Assembly: GCA_038254195.1 (NCBI GenBank)
Contig: JBBSGJ010000001.1
Span: 1 to 45,556 of the forward strand
DNA from: Solirubrobacterales bacterium
GTDB lineage: Bacteria > Actinomycetota > Thermoleophilia > Solirubrobacterales > Solirubrobacteraceae
Length of the DNA stretch: 45,556 nucleotides
Reading direction: 5' to 3'
The notes below the pieces were generated by a model that was given only the letters and a program-made list of their open reading frames with translations, had not been told where the DNA came from and did not search any database. Positions 35,096 to 43,122 of the stretch are shown piece by piece. How positions within the stretch are numbered: the first letter of the stretch is position 1; the number at the start of each line of letters is the position of its first letter. The translations under genes were made by a program, and so were the position numbers.

Positions 35096-36224
35096 GGGTC
35101 TCGGCCTCCGGGTCACCGGGAAGCTCGGCATGCTGCTCGCGTCCATGCGCGCAGGCGGCTCGCGGGCGGGGATGGGCGAGCTGCTCGCCGCGCACCGCGC
35201 CCTCGCCGCCGTGACCCCGGGCACCCGCAAGGAGGCGTACTTCGCCCTGCGCGCCGCGCTGTGCTCGCGTCACGACGACCTCGAGGTCTTCGACGCCGCC
35301 TTCGAGGCGTGCTTCGGGCCGGACCCGGGCGAGGCCGCCCTGCGCGAGCTCGCCGAGGCGGGGACCGTCGTGCTGCCGAAGGCCCCCGGCGGCGGGCCCC
35401 CCGCCGAAACCACGGCGCCCGAGGGGATCGAGACCACCCTCGACGTCGTCCCCGCGGCGTGGAGCGACGTCGAGCTGCTCAAGTCCGTCGACTTCGCCGA
35501 CCTCACCGACGCCGAGCGCGCCGCCGCCCAGCACCTCCTGCGCCGCCTGGGCACCCGCGGCCCGCGGCGACCCAGCCGTCGCACCCGCCCGAGCCGCCGC
35601 CGCGGCGCCCATCCCGACCACCGCGCGACCCTCCGCGCCTCCCTGCGTCACCAGGGCGAGCCGGTGGACCGCCGCTGGCGCGAGTCCACGCACCGCCCCC
35701 GGCCGCTCGTCCTCGTGTGCGACGTCTCGGGCTCCATGCAGCCCTACGCCCGGATGCTCCTCCAGTACGTCCACGCCTGCGTCGCCTCCCGGCGCCGCGT
35801 GGAGGCCTTCGCCTTTGGCACCCGCCTGACCCGAATCACCCGCGAGCTCGAGCGCCGCGACCCCGACGCCGCCCTCGCCCGCGCCGCCGGGGCGGTCGCC
35901 GACTGGCACGGCGGGACCCGCATCGGGGAGGCCCTCGCCGAGCTCAACCGCGAGCACGGCCGGCAGCTCGGGCGCGGCGCGGTCGTCGTGGTGCTCTCCG
36001 ACGGCTGGGACCGGGGCGACCCCGACGAGCTCGCGGGCGAGATGGCGCGCCTCGGCCGCTGCGCGCACCGGCTCGTGTGGCTCAACCCGCTCAAGGCGCG
36101 CCCCGGGTACGAGCCGCTGACGCGCGGCATGGCCGCCGCCCTTCCGCACGTGGACGACTTCCTCGACGGCTCGAACCTGCGCTCGCTCGAGCAGCTCGCC
36201 GACCTCTTGGAGGATGTCGCATGA
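35088..36224 (+). CDS. VWA-domain protein (CoxE-like)
   Basis: GTG 35088 within track ORF 34953..36224, an 8-nt overlap with the MoxR gene. MIDAS motif VLVCDVSGSM; ...VVVLSDGWDRGD. Confidence 0.8.
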   Translation: MPEGLGLRVTGKLGMLLASMRAGGSRAGMGELLAAHRALAAVTPGTRKEAYFALRAALCSRHDDLEVFDAAFEACFGPDPGEAALRELAEAGTVVLPKAPGGGPPAETTAPEGIETTLDVVPAAWSDVELLKSVDFADLTDAERAAAQHLLRRLGTRGPRRPSRRTRPSRRRGAHPDHRATLRASLRHQGEPVDRRWRESTHRPRPLVLVCDVSGSMQPYARMLLQYVHACVASRRRVEAFAFGTRLTRITRELERRDPDAALARAAGAVADWHGGTRIGEALAELNREHGRQLGRGAVVVVLSDGWDRGDPDELAGEMARLGRCAHRLVWLNPLKARPGYEPLTRGMAAALPHVDDFLDGSNLRSLEQLADLLEDVA

Positions 36225-37276
36225 ACGAAGCGGTCCTGCGCCGCGCAGAGGAGTGGACCGCCGGGGGCGAGGGGGCCGCCCTGGCCACCGTGGTCGCCGT
36301 CCGGCGCTCGGCGCCGCGCCCGCCCGGGGCGAAGATGGCGGTCTCCGGGGGCGGCGACATCGCCGGAATGGTCTCGGGCGGCTGCGTGGAGGGGGCGGTG
36401 GTCCAGGAGGCGCTCGACGTCCTCGAGGGCGGGCCGCCGCGCCTGCTGCGCTACGGGATCGCCGACGCCGAGGCGTGGGAGGTCGGCCTGCCGTGCGGCG
36501 GGGAGATCGACGTGTGGGTCGAGCGCCACACGCCCGGCGGCGGGCTCACGCGCGCGGCGCTCGCGGGTGAGCGCGCGGCGCGGGTGGTCGCGGTGACGGG
36601 CGACCGGATCGGACAGGACGTGTTCGTCTCCCTCGACGGTCGCCCCGAGGGCGCCCTGGCCGATCCCCGCGCCGCGGACTGGGCGACCGAGCTCATGTGG
36701 GCCGAGCGCTCGGAGCGGCGCGGCGAGCTCTTCGTCGACGCGACCTTCCCCGCCCCCCGGCTGCTCATCTTCGGCGCCGTGGACTACGCCGCCGCCCTCT
36801 GCCGCCTGGCCCGCACCTGCGGCTGGCGGCCCTACGTCATCGACCCCCGCGGCTTCTTCGCGCGCCCCGACCGCTTCCCCGACGCCGAGGAGGTTCTCGT
36901 GGGCTGGCCCGAGGAGGCCGTCGCGCGCCTCGGTGGCCTCGACCGCGCCACCTCGGTGGCCGTGCTCACCCACGACCCCAAGCTCGACGACGCCGCGGTG
37001 TCGCTCGCCCTGCGCTCCGACGTGCGCTACGTCGGCGCGATGGGCTCGCGCCGCGCCAACGAGGCCCGGGTCGAGCGCCTGCTCGAGCTCGGCTTCAATC
37101 AGGATGAGGTACGTGCCCGGATCGCGATGCCGATCGGGCTCGACCTCGGGGCGACGACCGCGGAGGAGACCGCCCTGTCGATCATGGCCGAGCTCTCCGC
37201 GCTGCGCAACGGCCGGGCGGGCGGCCGCCTGCGCGACTCCGACGTCGACCGGATCCACGAGGTCGGCGCCACGTGA
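36221..37276 (+). CDS. XdhC/CoxI(F)-family Mo-enzyme maturation protein
   Basis: ATGA overlap at 36221. ALATVVAVRRSAPRPPGAKMAV...GMVSGGCVEGAV...; the second domain LLIFGAVDYAAAL...GAMGSRR is Rossmann-like. Confidence 0.85.
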   Translation: MNEAVLRRAEEWTAGGEGAALATVVAVRRSAPRPPGAKMAVSGGGDIAGMVSGGCVEGAVVQEALDVLEGGPPRLLRYGIADAEAWEVGLPCGGEIDVWVERHTPGGGLTRAALAGERAARVVAVTGDRIGQDVFVSLDGRPEGALADPRAADWATELMWAERSERRGELFVDATFPAPRLLIFGAVDYAAALCRLARTCGWRPYVIDPRGFFARPDRFPDAEEVLVGWPEEAVARLGGLDRATSVAVLTHDPKLDDAAVSLALRSDVRYVGAMGSRRANEARVERLLELGFNQDEVRARIAMPIGLDLGATTAEETALSIMAELSALRNGRAGGRLRDSDVDRIHEVGAT

Positions 37277-37821
37277 TCGTCCCGGGCCTCCTGCTCGCCG
37301 CGGGCGCGGGCACGCGCTTCGGCGGGACGAAGCAGCTCGCCGAGCTCGACGGCCGCCCGCTGCTCGAACATGCGGTGGCCGCGGCGCTCGCCGCGCTGCC
37401 CCGGGTCGTGGTCGTCCTCGGCGCCCGCGCGGAGGAGGTCCGCGCGGGGACGGACCTCTCCGGCGCCGAGGTCGTGGTGTGCCCCGACTGGGAGGAGGGC
37501 CTCGCGGCCTCGCTCCGCGCCGGGCTCGCGGCGCTCGGCGATGCGCGGGAGGTCGTCGTGCTCCTCGGCGACCAGCCCGGCGTGTCCCCCGAGGCGATCG
37601 CCTGGATCGCCGCCCAGTCCGGCACGTGTCGCGCGGTCTACTCGGGCACCCCGGGCCATCCCGTCAAGCTTGCCGGAAAGGAGCTGCGCCGCGCCCGCAC
37701 ACTGAAGGGTGACGCGGGCGCCCGCGACCTGCTCCGCGACGCGCGCGGGGTGGAGTGCGCGCCCCTCGCCGATCCTCGTGACGTCGACACCCCATCGGAC
37801 CTGGAGGCCATCCGGACATGA
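37273..37821 (+). CDS. mocA: Molybdenum cofactor cytidylyltransferase-like nucleotidyltransferase (MocA family)
   Basis: GTGA overlap at 37273. GLLLAAGAGTRFGGTKQLAELDGRPLLEHAV...LLGDQPGVS. Confidence 0.8.
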   Translation: MIVPGLLLAAGAGTRFGGTKQLAELDGRPLLEHAVAAALAALPRVVVVLGARAEEVRAGTDLSGAEVVVCPDWEEGLAASLRAGLAALGDAREVVVLLGDQPGVSPEAIAWIAAQSGTCRAVYSGTPGHPVKLAGKELRRARTLKGDAGARDLLRDARGVECAPLADPRDVDTPSDLEAIRT

Positions 37822-38489
37822 AGCTCGAGCAGTCCTTTGACGTGGAAGCGCCCGTCGCGGCGGTGTGGAGCGCGCTCATCGACGTGCAGCGCGTCGCCAC
37901 CTGCCTCCCCGGCGCGGAGATCACCGAGGCCGGGGAGGACCGCACCTACCGCGGCACCTTCAAGGCCAAGCTCGGGCCGACCACCGCGGAGTACCGCGGC
38001 ACGATCCGCATGCAGCAGCTCGACGAGGCCGGCCACGTGGCGACGCTGCGCGCCGAGGGCTCGGACAAGCGCGGTCAGGGCGGAGCGAAGGCGACTATCG
38101 TCTCGCGGCTCACCGAGCAGGAGGGCGGCACCCGGGTCGACGTCGACACGGACTTCTCGATCACCGGGCGCCTCGCGGGCTTCGGGCGCAGCGGGATGAT
38201 CCAGGACGTCTCCAACCGGCTCCTGCGCGAGTTCGCGTCCTGCCTCCAGGCGCAGCTCGCCGAGACGCCCGCGACGCCCCCCGAGCCCGAGCCCGACCCG
38301 GATCCGATTCCCGCCGGCAAGGTCCCGCTCCCCTCTGCGCCCCAGGCCGCGTCCCCACCGCCTCCGCGTGAGCCCTTCGACGCCGGGTCGCTCGTCGGCG
38401 GCGTGCTCGCCGAGCGCGCGAAGAAGGCGGCGCCGATCGCCCTGCTCGTCCTCGTCCTCGGCCTGCTGCTCGGACGCCGCGGCGGTTAG
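37818..38489 (+). CDS. coxG: SRPBCC-fold CoxG-family protein with a Pro-rich linker and C-terminal TM anchor
   Basis: ATGA overlap at 37818. MKLEQSFDVEAPVAAVWSALIDVQRVATCLPGAEI...FSITGRLAGFGRSGMIQDVSNRLLREFASCLQ; tail APIALLVLVLGLLLGRR. Confidence 0.8.
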   Translation: MKLEQSFDVEAPVAAVWSALIDVQRVATCLPGAEITEAGEDRTYRGTFKAKLGPTTAEYRGTIRMQQLDEAGHVATLRAEGSDKRGQGGAKATIVSRLTEQEGGTRVDVDTDFSITGRLAGFGRSGMIQDVSNRLLREFASCLQAQLAETPATPPEPEPDPDPIPAGKVPLPSAPQAASPPPPREPFDAGSLVGGVLAERAKKAAPIALLVLVLGLLLGRRGG

Positions 38490-39424
38490 CCGAAGTACCC
38501 GCGACGGCGGAACCAGACGTAGAGCAGCACGATCGGCACCGCCAGCCCGCCGACCCCGAAGACGAGGAACTGCCACAGGCCGCCGATGTGCCCCGTGAGC
38601 CACCCGAAGTTCTGCCCGAAGAACCCGGTGACGAAGGTGAGCGGCAGGAAGATGGTGGCGATGAGGGTGAGTTGCTTGGAGACCTCGTTGAGGCGGTTGG
38701 ACTGTGAGGAGAGGTAGACGTCCATCGCGCCGGTGAGCAGGTCGCGGGAGGAGTCGAGCTGCTCGGCGATCCGGATGAGGTGGTCGTAGAGGTCGCGGAA
38801 GTAGTCCTTCTCGCCGCGCGTGAGGCCGGGCAGCGTCTCGAGGTCGGAGAGGGTGCGGGCGGCGAGGTCGCGCTGGGGGGCGACGACGCGCCGCAGCTCG
38901 ACCACGAGGCGCCGGAGGCGCAGGACCTCGCTCCGCTCGGTGTCCCCGGGCGCGCCGACGAGGCGGTCCTCGAGCTCGTCGAGGTCGTCGTCGAGCTGCT
39001 CGATGACCGGGAAGAACGAGTCGGTGAGCGAGTCCATGATCGAGTAGACGGTGAACTCCTCGGACCCGGGCGGCCGGCGCCGGAAGCGGTCGTGGAGCTG
39101 CTCGAGCTCGTGGCAGCCCGCGTGGCGGACCGTGATGACGTAGGACCCGCTGACCACGAGGTGCACCTCGGTGAGCGCCGGCTGGCCGTCGGGGCCCCGG
39201 TGCACGCCGTAGAAGACGATGAACATGTAGTCGTCGTAGGACTCGAGCTTGGGGCGCTGACCGAAGTGCTCGAGGTCCTCGCGGACCAGCGGATGCCAGT
39301 TGAAGCGCTCGGCGAGCCCGTCGAGCGCGTCGGCCCCTGGGCCGGCCACGTCGAGCCAGAAGAACTCGTCGCGCGCGCAGAGGGCGTCGAGCTCGGAGGG
39401 GTCGGTCGCCTCGAGGACTCGCAC
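38486..39424 (-). CDS. corA: CorA-family divalent cation transporter (GQN instead of canonical GMN)
   Basis: GTG 39424 within track ORF 38486..39736. FWLDV...HPLVREDL...; the C-terminus LIATIFLPLTFVTGFFGQNFGWL is followed by a second TM helix. Confidence 0.85.
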   Translation of the reverse strand: MRVLEATDPSELDALCARDEFFWLDVAGPGADALDGLAERFNWHPLVREDLEHFGQRPKLESYDDYMFIVFYGVHRGPDGQPALTEVHLVVSGSYVITVRHAGCHELEQLHDRFRRRPPGSEEFTVYSIMDSLTDSFFPVIEQLDDDLDELEDRLVGAPGDTERSEVLRLRRLVVELRRVVAPQRDLAARTLSDLETLPGLTRGEKDYFRDLYDHLIRIAEQLDSSRDLLTGAMDVYLSSQSNRLNEVSKQLTLIATIFLPLTFVTGFFGQNFGWLTGHIGGLWQFLVFGVGGLAVPIVLLYVWFRRRGYFG

Positions 39425-39723
39425 TACGGCAGCAGGACGTCGTTCTGGGCGGAGGGCCGGGGCCGGCCCACCCTGAGGGTCGCCGCCTGCGGGGCGCCCT
39501 TCGCGCTCACCCGGTAGTTCCCGGACCTCGCGTCGAAGGAGATGGAGGTGGTGCCGCCGGGGTTGATCGGGCCCGACTGGGCCGAGGGACCCGGGGCGCC
39601 TACGGGCTCGACGTGCACGTCGACCGACGCGTCGGTGGCGTTGGCGACGATCAGGGTGATCGGCCCGGCCCCGACGCGGGTGGGAGAGATGGACACGCGC
39701 TGGGCGTTGATCGAGGCGGTCAC
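39424..39723 (-). CDS. Small beta-rich protein (99 aa), cupredoxin/Ig-like pattern without obvious metal ligands
   Basis: Track ORF 39424..39723. The pattern is ...ISPTRVGAGPITLIVANATDASVDVHV...INPGGTTSISFDARSGNYRVSAKG. Its TAG overlaps the corA GTG (TAGTG). Confidence 0.5.
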   Translation of the reverse strand: MTASINAQRVSISPTRVGAGPITLIVANATDASVDVHVEPVGAPGPSAQSGPINPGGTTSISFDARSGNYRVSAKGAPQAATLRVGRPRPSAQNDVLLP

Positions 39724-39841
39724 GGCTACCCGTCACCCGAGGGCCGTGGCAAATCTAGCCACGCATCGGCCGCGGCCTGCTCGTACCCGGTGCAACGCGC
39801 CGTGCAGGGCATCCGCCCCGGCGCCTATCCCTTCGCGTCCC

Positions 39842-41521
39842 GTGGCCGGACACCTCCACGACCTCCCGCTGCGGACCGCCGAGTTCCTCGCCGTCGACAC
39901 GGAGACCAACGGGCGCGCGGGCGACGCCTGCGAGCTCACCGAGGTGGGCGCCGTCCTCGTGGGCGGGGGCGAGCTCCACGACACGTGGTCCTCGCTCGTC
40001 GCCGTTCACGCGCCGCTCGGTCGCGGGATCGAGCGCTTCACCCACATCACCGCGGCGATGCTCGCAGACGCCCCGGACGGGCGCGACGTGCTGCCCGTCC
40101 TCGCCGCGCGCCTCGCGGGCCGGGTGCTCGTGGCGCACTCGGCCTCGTTCGACCAGCGGGTCCTGCGCCAGGGGTTCGCCCGGGCCGGCCTGGAGTGGAC
40201 CGATCCGCCCGTGCTCTGCACGGTGGCGCTCGCCCGGCGCTTCCTGCCCCTGCAGCCGCGCCGTGGGCTCGGGGCGCTCGCCGAGGCGCTCGACATCCCG
40301 GTGCGCGAGGCCCACCGCGCGCGGCCCGACGCGGAGACCTGCGCGCGCGTGTTCTGCGCGCTGTTCGGGAAGCTCTGCGCGCACGCGGAGACGGTGGGGG
40401 AGGCGCTCGCCGTCCTGCGCGCGCGCAACCGCCGGGTGCGCCGTCCCGCGCGGGGTCGCCCGGCGGGCGCACGGCGCGCGCGGCCGGAGCTCGACCTCCG
40501 CGAGCTACCCGAGGATCCCGGTGTCTACCTCTTCCGCGACGACTCCGGGAAGGTGCTCTACGTCGGCAAGTCGGTGTCCGTGCGGTCGCGCGCGAGGGCC
40601 CATTTCGCGCCGGGAGGCGGCGGCGCGGCGTGGACCGCGCAGGCCACGGTCGTGGACTACCGCGCGACCCACTCCGAGCTCGGGGCGCTGGTGCTCGAGG
40701 ACCGGCTCATCAAGGAGCTGCGGCCGCCGGGCAACGTGCGGGGCAAGCCCGACACCCGGCTCGTCTACGTGACCTGTCGTCTGGACGAGCCCTTCCCGGT
40801 GCTCGAGGTCGAGGCGTCCCCCGCCCCGGGGCGGGCGGTGAACGTCGGGCCGCTCCGGGGTCGCGCCGCGGCGGTCGAGCTCTGCGAGCAGCTCGCCTCG
40901 CTCTTCGGGCTGCGTCACTGCGGGCGGCGCCTGCGGTTGCGCGAGCACGCCTCGGCCTACGGGCAGATGGACCGCTGCCTGGCGCCGTGCCTCGGGGACC
41001 TGGACCCGAACCTCTATCGCCGGCGCCTGGACGCCGCGCTCGCGGTGGTCGCCGGGCAGGGGGACGGCGCGCGGGCGCTGCTCGCCCACGTCGAGGCGGA
41101 GATGCGCGCGGCGGCAGCGGCCGAGCGCTTCGAGCGCGCGGCGTGGCTGCGCCGGCGCCTGGGGCGCCTGGAGACCATCCTCGGGCGCCTCGGCGGGCCG
41201 CTGCGCGCCGCACATGCGGACGCGCGGCTGGTGGTCGCGGCACATCCGGTCAAGCCGCGGTGGGACGCGTTCTGGCTCGCGGGCGGGCGGGTGGTGGACT
41301 GGGGACCGCTGCCCGGCGACGATGTGCTCGCGCGCACGGAGCGCGCGGTGCGGGTGGCCGCGGAGCGCGGGGTGCCGCACGTCCCGCCCGCGGAGGTCGA
41401 CGAGCTGCGGATCGTGGCCGGGTGGGTGGCCGCCCACCCCGAGACCCCGGCGCTGGCGCTGCGCCCGGCGCCGGCGCCCGAGGTGGTGACGAGCTGGGTC
41501 AGCCGGCGAACGGCAGCGTGA
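39842..41521 (+). CDS. DEDD (DnaQ-like) 3'-5' exonuclease fused to a GIY-YIG / UvrC-like nuclease (Cho-like)
   Basis: GTG 39842 within track ORF 39542..41521. Exo motifs FLAVDTETNG, AHSASFDQRVL and EAHRARPDAE. GIY-YIG motif PGVYLFRDDSGKVLYVGKSVSVRSR...ELGALVLEDRLIKELRPPGN. The start is uncertain. Confidence 0.8.
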   Translation: MAGHLHDLPLRTAEFLAVDTETNGRAGDACELTEVGAVLVGGGELHDTWSSLVAVHAPLGRGIERFTHITAAMLADAPDGRDVLPVLAARLAGRVLVAHSASFDQRVLRQGFARAGLEWTDPPVLCTVALARRFLPLQPRRGLGALAEALDIPVREAHRARPDAETCARVFCALFGKLCAHAETVGEALAVLRARNRRVRRPARGRPAGARRARPELDLRELPEDPGVYLFRDDSGKVLYVGKSVSVRSRARAHFAPGGGGAAWTAQATVVDYRATHSELGALVLEDRLIKELRPPGNVRGKPDTRLVYVTCRLDEPFPVLEVEASPAPGRAVNVGPLRGRAAAVELCEQLASLFGLRHCGRRLRLREHASAYGQMDRCLAPCLGDLDPNLYRRRLDAALAVVAGQGDGARALLAHVEAEMRAAAAAERFERAAWLRRRLGRLETILGRLGGPLRAAHADARLVVAAHPVKPRWDAFWLAGGRVVDWGPLPGDDVLARTERAVRVAAERGVPHVPPAEVDELRIVAGWVAAHPETPALALRPAPAPEVVTSWVSRRTAA

Positions 41522-42464
41522 CCACCTCGGCGCTGACGCCGGCCTCGCCGACCGCCAGCTGCGTCCCCGGCTCCGCCTGCCGGCGCACGAGCGCGAGGGC
41601 GATCGGGCCGAACCGGGGGGAGACGACCGTCGACGCCACCCGGCCGACCTCCTTCTCGCCGAGGCGCAGCGCGGCGCCCGGCTCGGCCGGGGCAGACAGG
41701 CGCAGGCCGCGCAGGTGGCGGTTGGGCTTCCCGCGCCAGTGCAGGCGCGCGACGGTCTCCTGCCCGACGTAGCACCCCTTCGTGTAGGAGACCGCGCGCT
41801 CGTTGAGACCCGCCTCCTCGGGGATGACCGAGGGCCCGAGCTCGAGGCCGAAGCGGGGGCGGCCGGACTCGACGCGGACGATCTCGACGGCGTCCTCGTC
41901 GACGGGCCGCGCGCCGCGCTCGACCAGGGCCGCGGTCACCGCCTCCGTGTCCTCGGCCCGGCAGAGCACGTCGACGCCGAGGTCGGAGACGACGAGCCGG
42001 ACAGGCATGCGCGCGATCTCACCGGCGCGGTGGGCGTGCTCCTCGGCGGGAAGGTCGTGCGCGTCGGCCATCGCGCGGGCCTCGGGGCCGATGAGCGAGA
42101 GCAGCCCGCGCTGGACCGTGCGCTTGTGCAGCTCGGCGTCGAAGCCGACGAGCCCGCGACGCAGCGCGTTGAAGAGCTCCTGCAGTCCGGAGCGCTCGCA
42201 CAGCAGCAGGACCTCCTCGCCGGCGTCGAGGACGCGCAGGTCGCACAGCATCTTGCCCTTGTTCGTGAGCAGGGCGGCATAGCAGCCCGTGCCGGGCGTG
42301 AGGGCCTCGACATCGTTGGTGACCTGGCCCTGGAGTACGCCGCGGGCATCGGAGCCGGTGAGGGCGAGCTTGCCCGACTCCGAGCGGTCGAGCAGGCCGC
42401 AGGCGCCGACGAGTATCTCGTTCTGACTTGAAAGAAGTTCAGGCATGCCGTAAGTTGGGTTCAT
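41499..42464 (-). CDS. ygfZ: Folate-binding YgfZ / aminomethyltransferase (GcvT)-fold protein
   Basis: ...LDRSESGKLALTGSDARGVLQGQVTNDV...YAALLTNKGKMLCDLRV...VSYTKGCYVGQETVARLHWRGKPNRHLRGL. The start is ATG 42464 or ATG 42446. Confidence 0.8.
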   Translation of the reverse strand: MNPTYGMPELLSSQNEILVGACGLLDRSESGKLALTGSDARGVLQGQVTNDVEALTPGTGCYAALLTNKGKMLCDLRVLDAGEEVLLLCERSGLQELFNALRRGLVGFDAELHKRTVQRGLLSLIGPEARAMADAHDLPAEEHAHRAGEIARMPVRLVVSDLGVDVLCRAEDTEAVTAALVERGARPVDEDAVEIVRVESGRPRFGLELGPSVIPEEAGLNERAVSYTKGCYVGQETVARLHWRGKPNRHLRGLRLSAPAEPGAALRLGEKEVGRVASTVVSPRFGPIALALVRRQAEPGTQLAVGEAGVSAEVVTLPFAG

Positions 42465-43122
42465 GGAAGCGGTCTCATCTGCTGTCGAAGACTACGCCAA
42501 GGCGATCTACGCGCTCGAGCGCCACGCCGGCGGCGCGGTCTCCAACAACGCCCTCGCCGAGCGCCTCGGCGTGACCGCCGCCTCGGCGTCGGGGATGACG
42601 AAGAAGCTCGGGGAGCTCGGGCTGGTCTCCCACGTGCCCTACCGGGGCGTGCGGCTCACGGGCGAGGGCCGGCGCGTAGCGCTCGAGGTCCTGCGCCACC
42701 ACCGGCTGCTCGAGCTCTACCTCGCCGAGACCCTCGAGGTCCCCTGGGACCGCGTCCACGACGAGGCCGAGGTCCTCGAGCACCACATCTCCGAGGCGCT
42801 CGAGGAGGCGATCTCCGCGAAGCTCGGCGACCCGACCCACGACCCTCACGGCGACCCGATCCCCACGCGCGACCTGGAGATCGAGGAGCCGCGCACGCGG
42901 ACGCTCGACGCGCTCGAGCCCGGGGAGACGGCGTGCTTCGTGCGCATCACGGACTCGGACCCCGAGATGCTCCGCTACCTCGGCGAGCGCGGGATCTTCC
43001 CCGGCGACACGTTCTCGGTCGAGGATCGCCAGCCCTTCGGCGGCCCGCTCTTCGTGCGCTTCGGCGACAAGGTGCACGTGGTCGGTGGCGCGCTCGCCCA
43101 GGCGATGCAGGTGGTCTCGTGA
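42463..43122 (+). CDS. DtxR/IdeR/MntR-family metal-dependent transcriptional regulator
   Basis: VEDYAKAIYALE...LAERLGVTAASASGMTKKLGELGLVSHVPYRGVRLTGEGRRVALEVLRHHRLLELYL...HDEAEVLEHHIS...HDPHGDPIP, plus a C-terminal FeoA/SH3-like domain. Confidence 0.85.
   Translation: MEAVSSAVEDYAKAIYALERHAGGAVSNNALAERLGVTAASASGMTKKLGELGLVSHVPYRGVRLTGEGRRVALEVLRHHRLLELYLAETLEVPWDRVHDEAEVLEHHISEALEEAISAKLGDPTHDPHGDPIPTRDLEIEEPRTRTLDALEPGETACFVRITDSDPEMLRYLGERGIFPGDTFSVEDRQPFGGPLFVRFGDKVHVVGGALAQAMQVVS

Noticed and set aside
34208-35230. Extension of the hicA ORF to 403 aa
   Set aside because: HicA-like sequence covers only the last 62 codons. The rest is antisense to the MoxR/CoxD-like gene.
39724-39841. GTGGC-aaatcta-GCCAC palindrome in the divergent region between the 99-aa/corA operon and the exonuclease gene as a regulatory site
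   Set aside because: It has only 5-bp arms and no supporting evidence. Such short palindromes are expected by chance.
42424-42441. Imperfect palindrome TGACTT-gaaag-AAGTTCA as an MntR/IdeR operator
   Set aside because: The arms match only with a 1-nt bulge, and the site lies inside ygfZ coding sequence. It does not resemble the DtxR/IdeR box as I remember it, so the evidence is too weak to call.
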